The position numbers and the translations under genes were made by a program. A stretch of DNA of 64,000 nt from Tubiluchus corallicola (lineage: Eukaryota; Animalia; Priapulida): the NCBI GenBank assembly GCA_030141605.1, contig JAQGDQ010000975.1:10070-74069 (forward strand). Reading direction: 5' to 3'. The notes beneath the pieces were generated by a model. That model had not been told where the DNA came from, searched no databases, and saw nothing but the letters and a program-made list of their open reading frames with translations. Shown one piece after another: positions 62,720 to 64,000 of this stretch (the stretch's first letter is position 1; every line of letters starts with the position of its first letter).

Positions 62720-63055
62720 ATATAATTTTTGCTGACAACATATTGTCAGCCTTAATTTCCTTCTTGTTAGTCTACTCCAGAATTAAGTCTTCATTTCAGA
62801 GTGATACGTAAAATTGTTCATGAATAGCAAAATAGCATTAAGCAATACGAAAGAGTTAAGTTCGACGGTAGTACAAAAGAAAATACGTGAAGGGATTAAG
62901 GGATGGAGGGGCATCTTAATATATGTATCAAAAGAAAGGTAGACACACCTCTCATAATAATGTACAGTTATATGAATCCCCAAGGCTCACAAAAGAGAAT
63001 TCTAAAGCACTTTCTAATCTTTGACGTAGGCTATATTGTAAAAATAGGTGTTGTC

Positions 63056-63094
<39 letters not shown>

Positions 63095-64000
63095 GTGTTT
63101 AAGGGGTTAAATATTGAAATAAAATTCTCAACATGGTTTTTATGACTTCCAAAAAAAGTAAAAAGTGATGGCAAAAAGTTCCCATGTGCACACAGAGTCA
63201 CTTTTTGTGCCATATAGCAACTAACGAATGTTTGCTTGTTTCTAGAAGGTTATGCCTTTATCATTCTATCAGTGGTAACGATTTTCTCAAAAGGTGTTTC
63301 ATATATTTACGAGAACAACTTTTCAAAAAACACATTGAAACAGTACTCCATTATAAAAAAATAAATATTTATTAAGTTTAAAGACCTAAGGCTATTAACC
63401 TACATTAAACAATATCCAATTTTTTTTAAAACTGTTAAAAGCTTGTATATAAATGATTTAAAAGTGGATAGGATTATTGTTCAAGCATAGTATTGTTTAC
63501 ACATATGATGGGAACCTTATAGAAATGAAGAAGCACATTTCTGAGTCAAACATAGCCCTGCATGCCCGTCTCAACGCCCAACATCGTTGAAGTGATTTTG
63601 CAACTGTTGAAGAGATTTATATATTGATATATTATGCCGAATTGGTAATTTTCGTTGTAATAAACTAACTAATTATTTCTGTCGATCGCACATATACTTT
63701 ATTTTAAATGGCTTAATGTAATTCATAAATAGTAATTCGCAATTCGAAAAATTAAGGCATGTTATGTTAGCCCGAGCTATTAATGCCATTGCCAGCTAAA
63801 ATTGTGTTTGTCAAAATACGCAATTCAGTCGGCTTACAGATACTGACTGATATTAGTTCAGTCAGTACGCAAAGTCACACAGTTTAACTTTCAGTAGCAA
63901 AAAGACGCGCTTATAGTTGTGAAACAGTTTACGGAATGTCCGCAAATTTTGAACAAATCGGGTCTCAACTATTGTAAAATATGTGACTATATAGGTTTTA

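Noticed and set aside
63841-63867. TACTGACTGA/TCAGTCAGTA 10-bp hairpin as a pre-miRNA or terminator
   Set aside because: The stem is too short for a pre-miRNA, and intrinsic terminators are irrelevant in this eukaryotic context.

Overview
AT-rich, intron-rich animal genomic DNA. It is probably an invertebrate bilaterian: it has TTAGGG-type rather than TTAGG repeats and keeps Nedx, which vertebrates have lost. It is not prokaryotic. Three spliced genes can be reconstructed by hand with GT-AG introns and consistent phases. (1) SRP receptor alpha (SRPRA, + strand, 13 exons at 861-11655, first exon outside the window). (2) An NKL homeobox gene of the Nedx/lms family (+, 20239-24110). (3) Distal-less/Dlx (-, about 47250-26871), convergent with Nedx, which is the ancient Nedx-Dlx pairing. 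The rest is introns and a gene-free Dlx upstream region. These contain a solo LTR, a deleted PIF/Harbinger element, several MITEs (one family carrying telomeric repeats), a truncated CR1/L2-type LINE, an Academ-like transposase relic, long palindromes and many simple repeats. The most notable observations concern Dlx: the conserved N-terminal motif lies upstream of the first in-frame AUG, and a 45-nt duplication of the exon 2 end creates a second in-frame splice donor inside the homeobox. Family assignments come from remembered motifs, not database searches. I see no convincing wholly new system.
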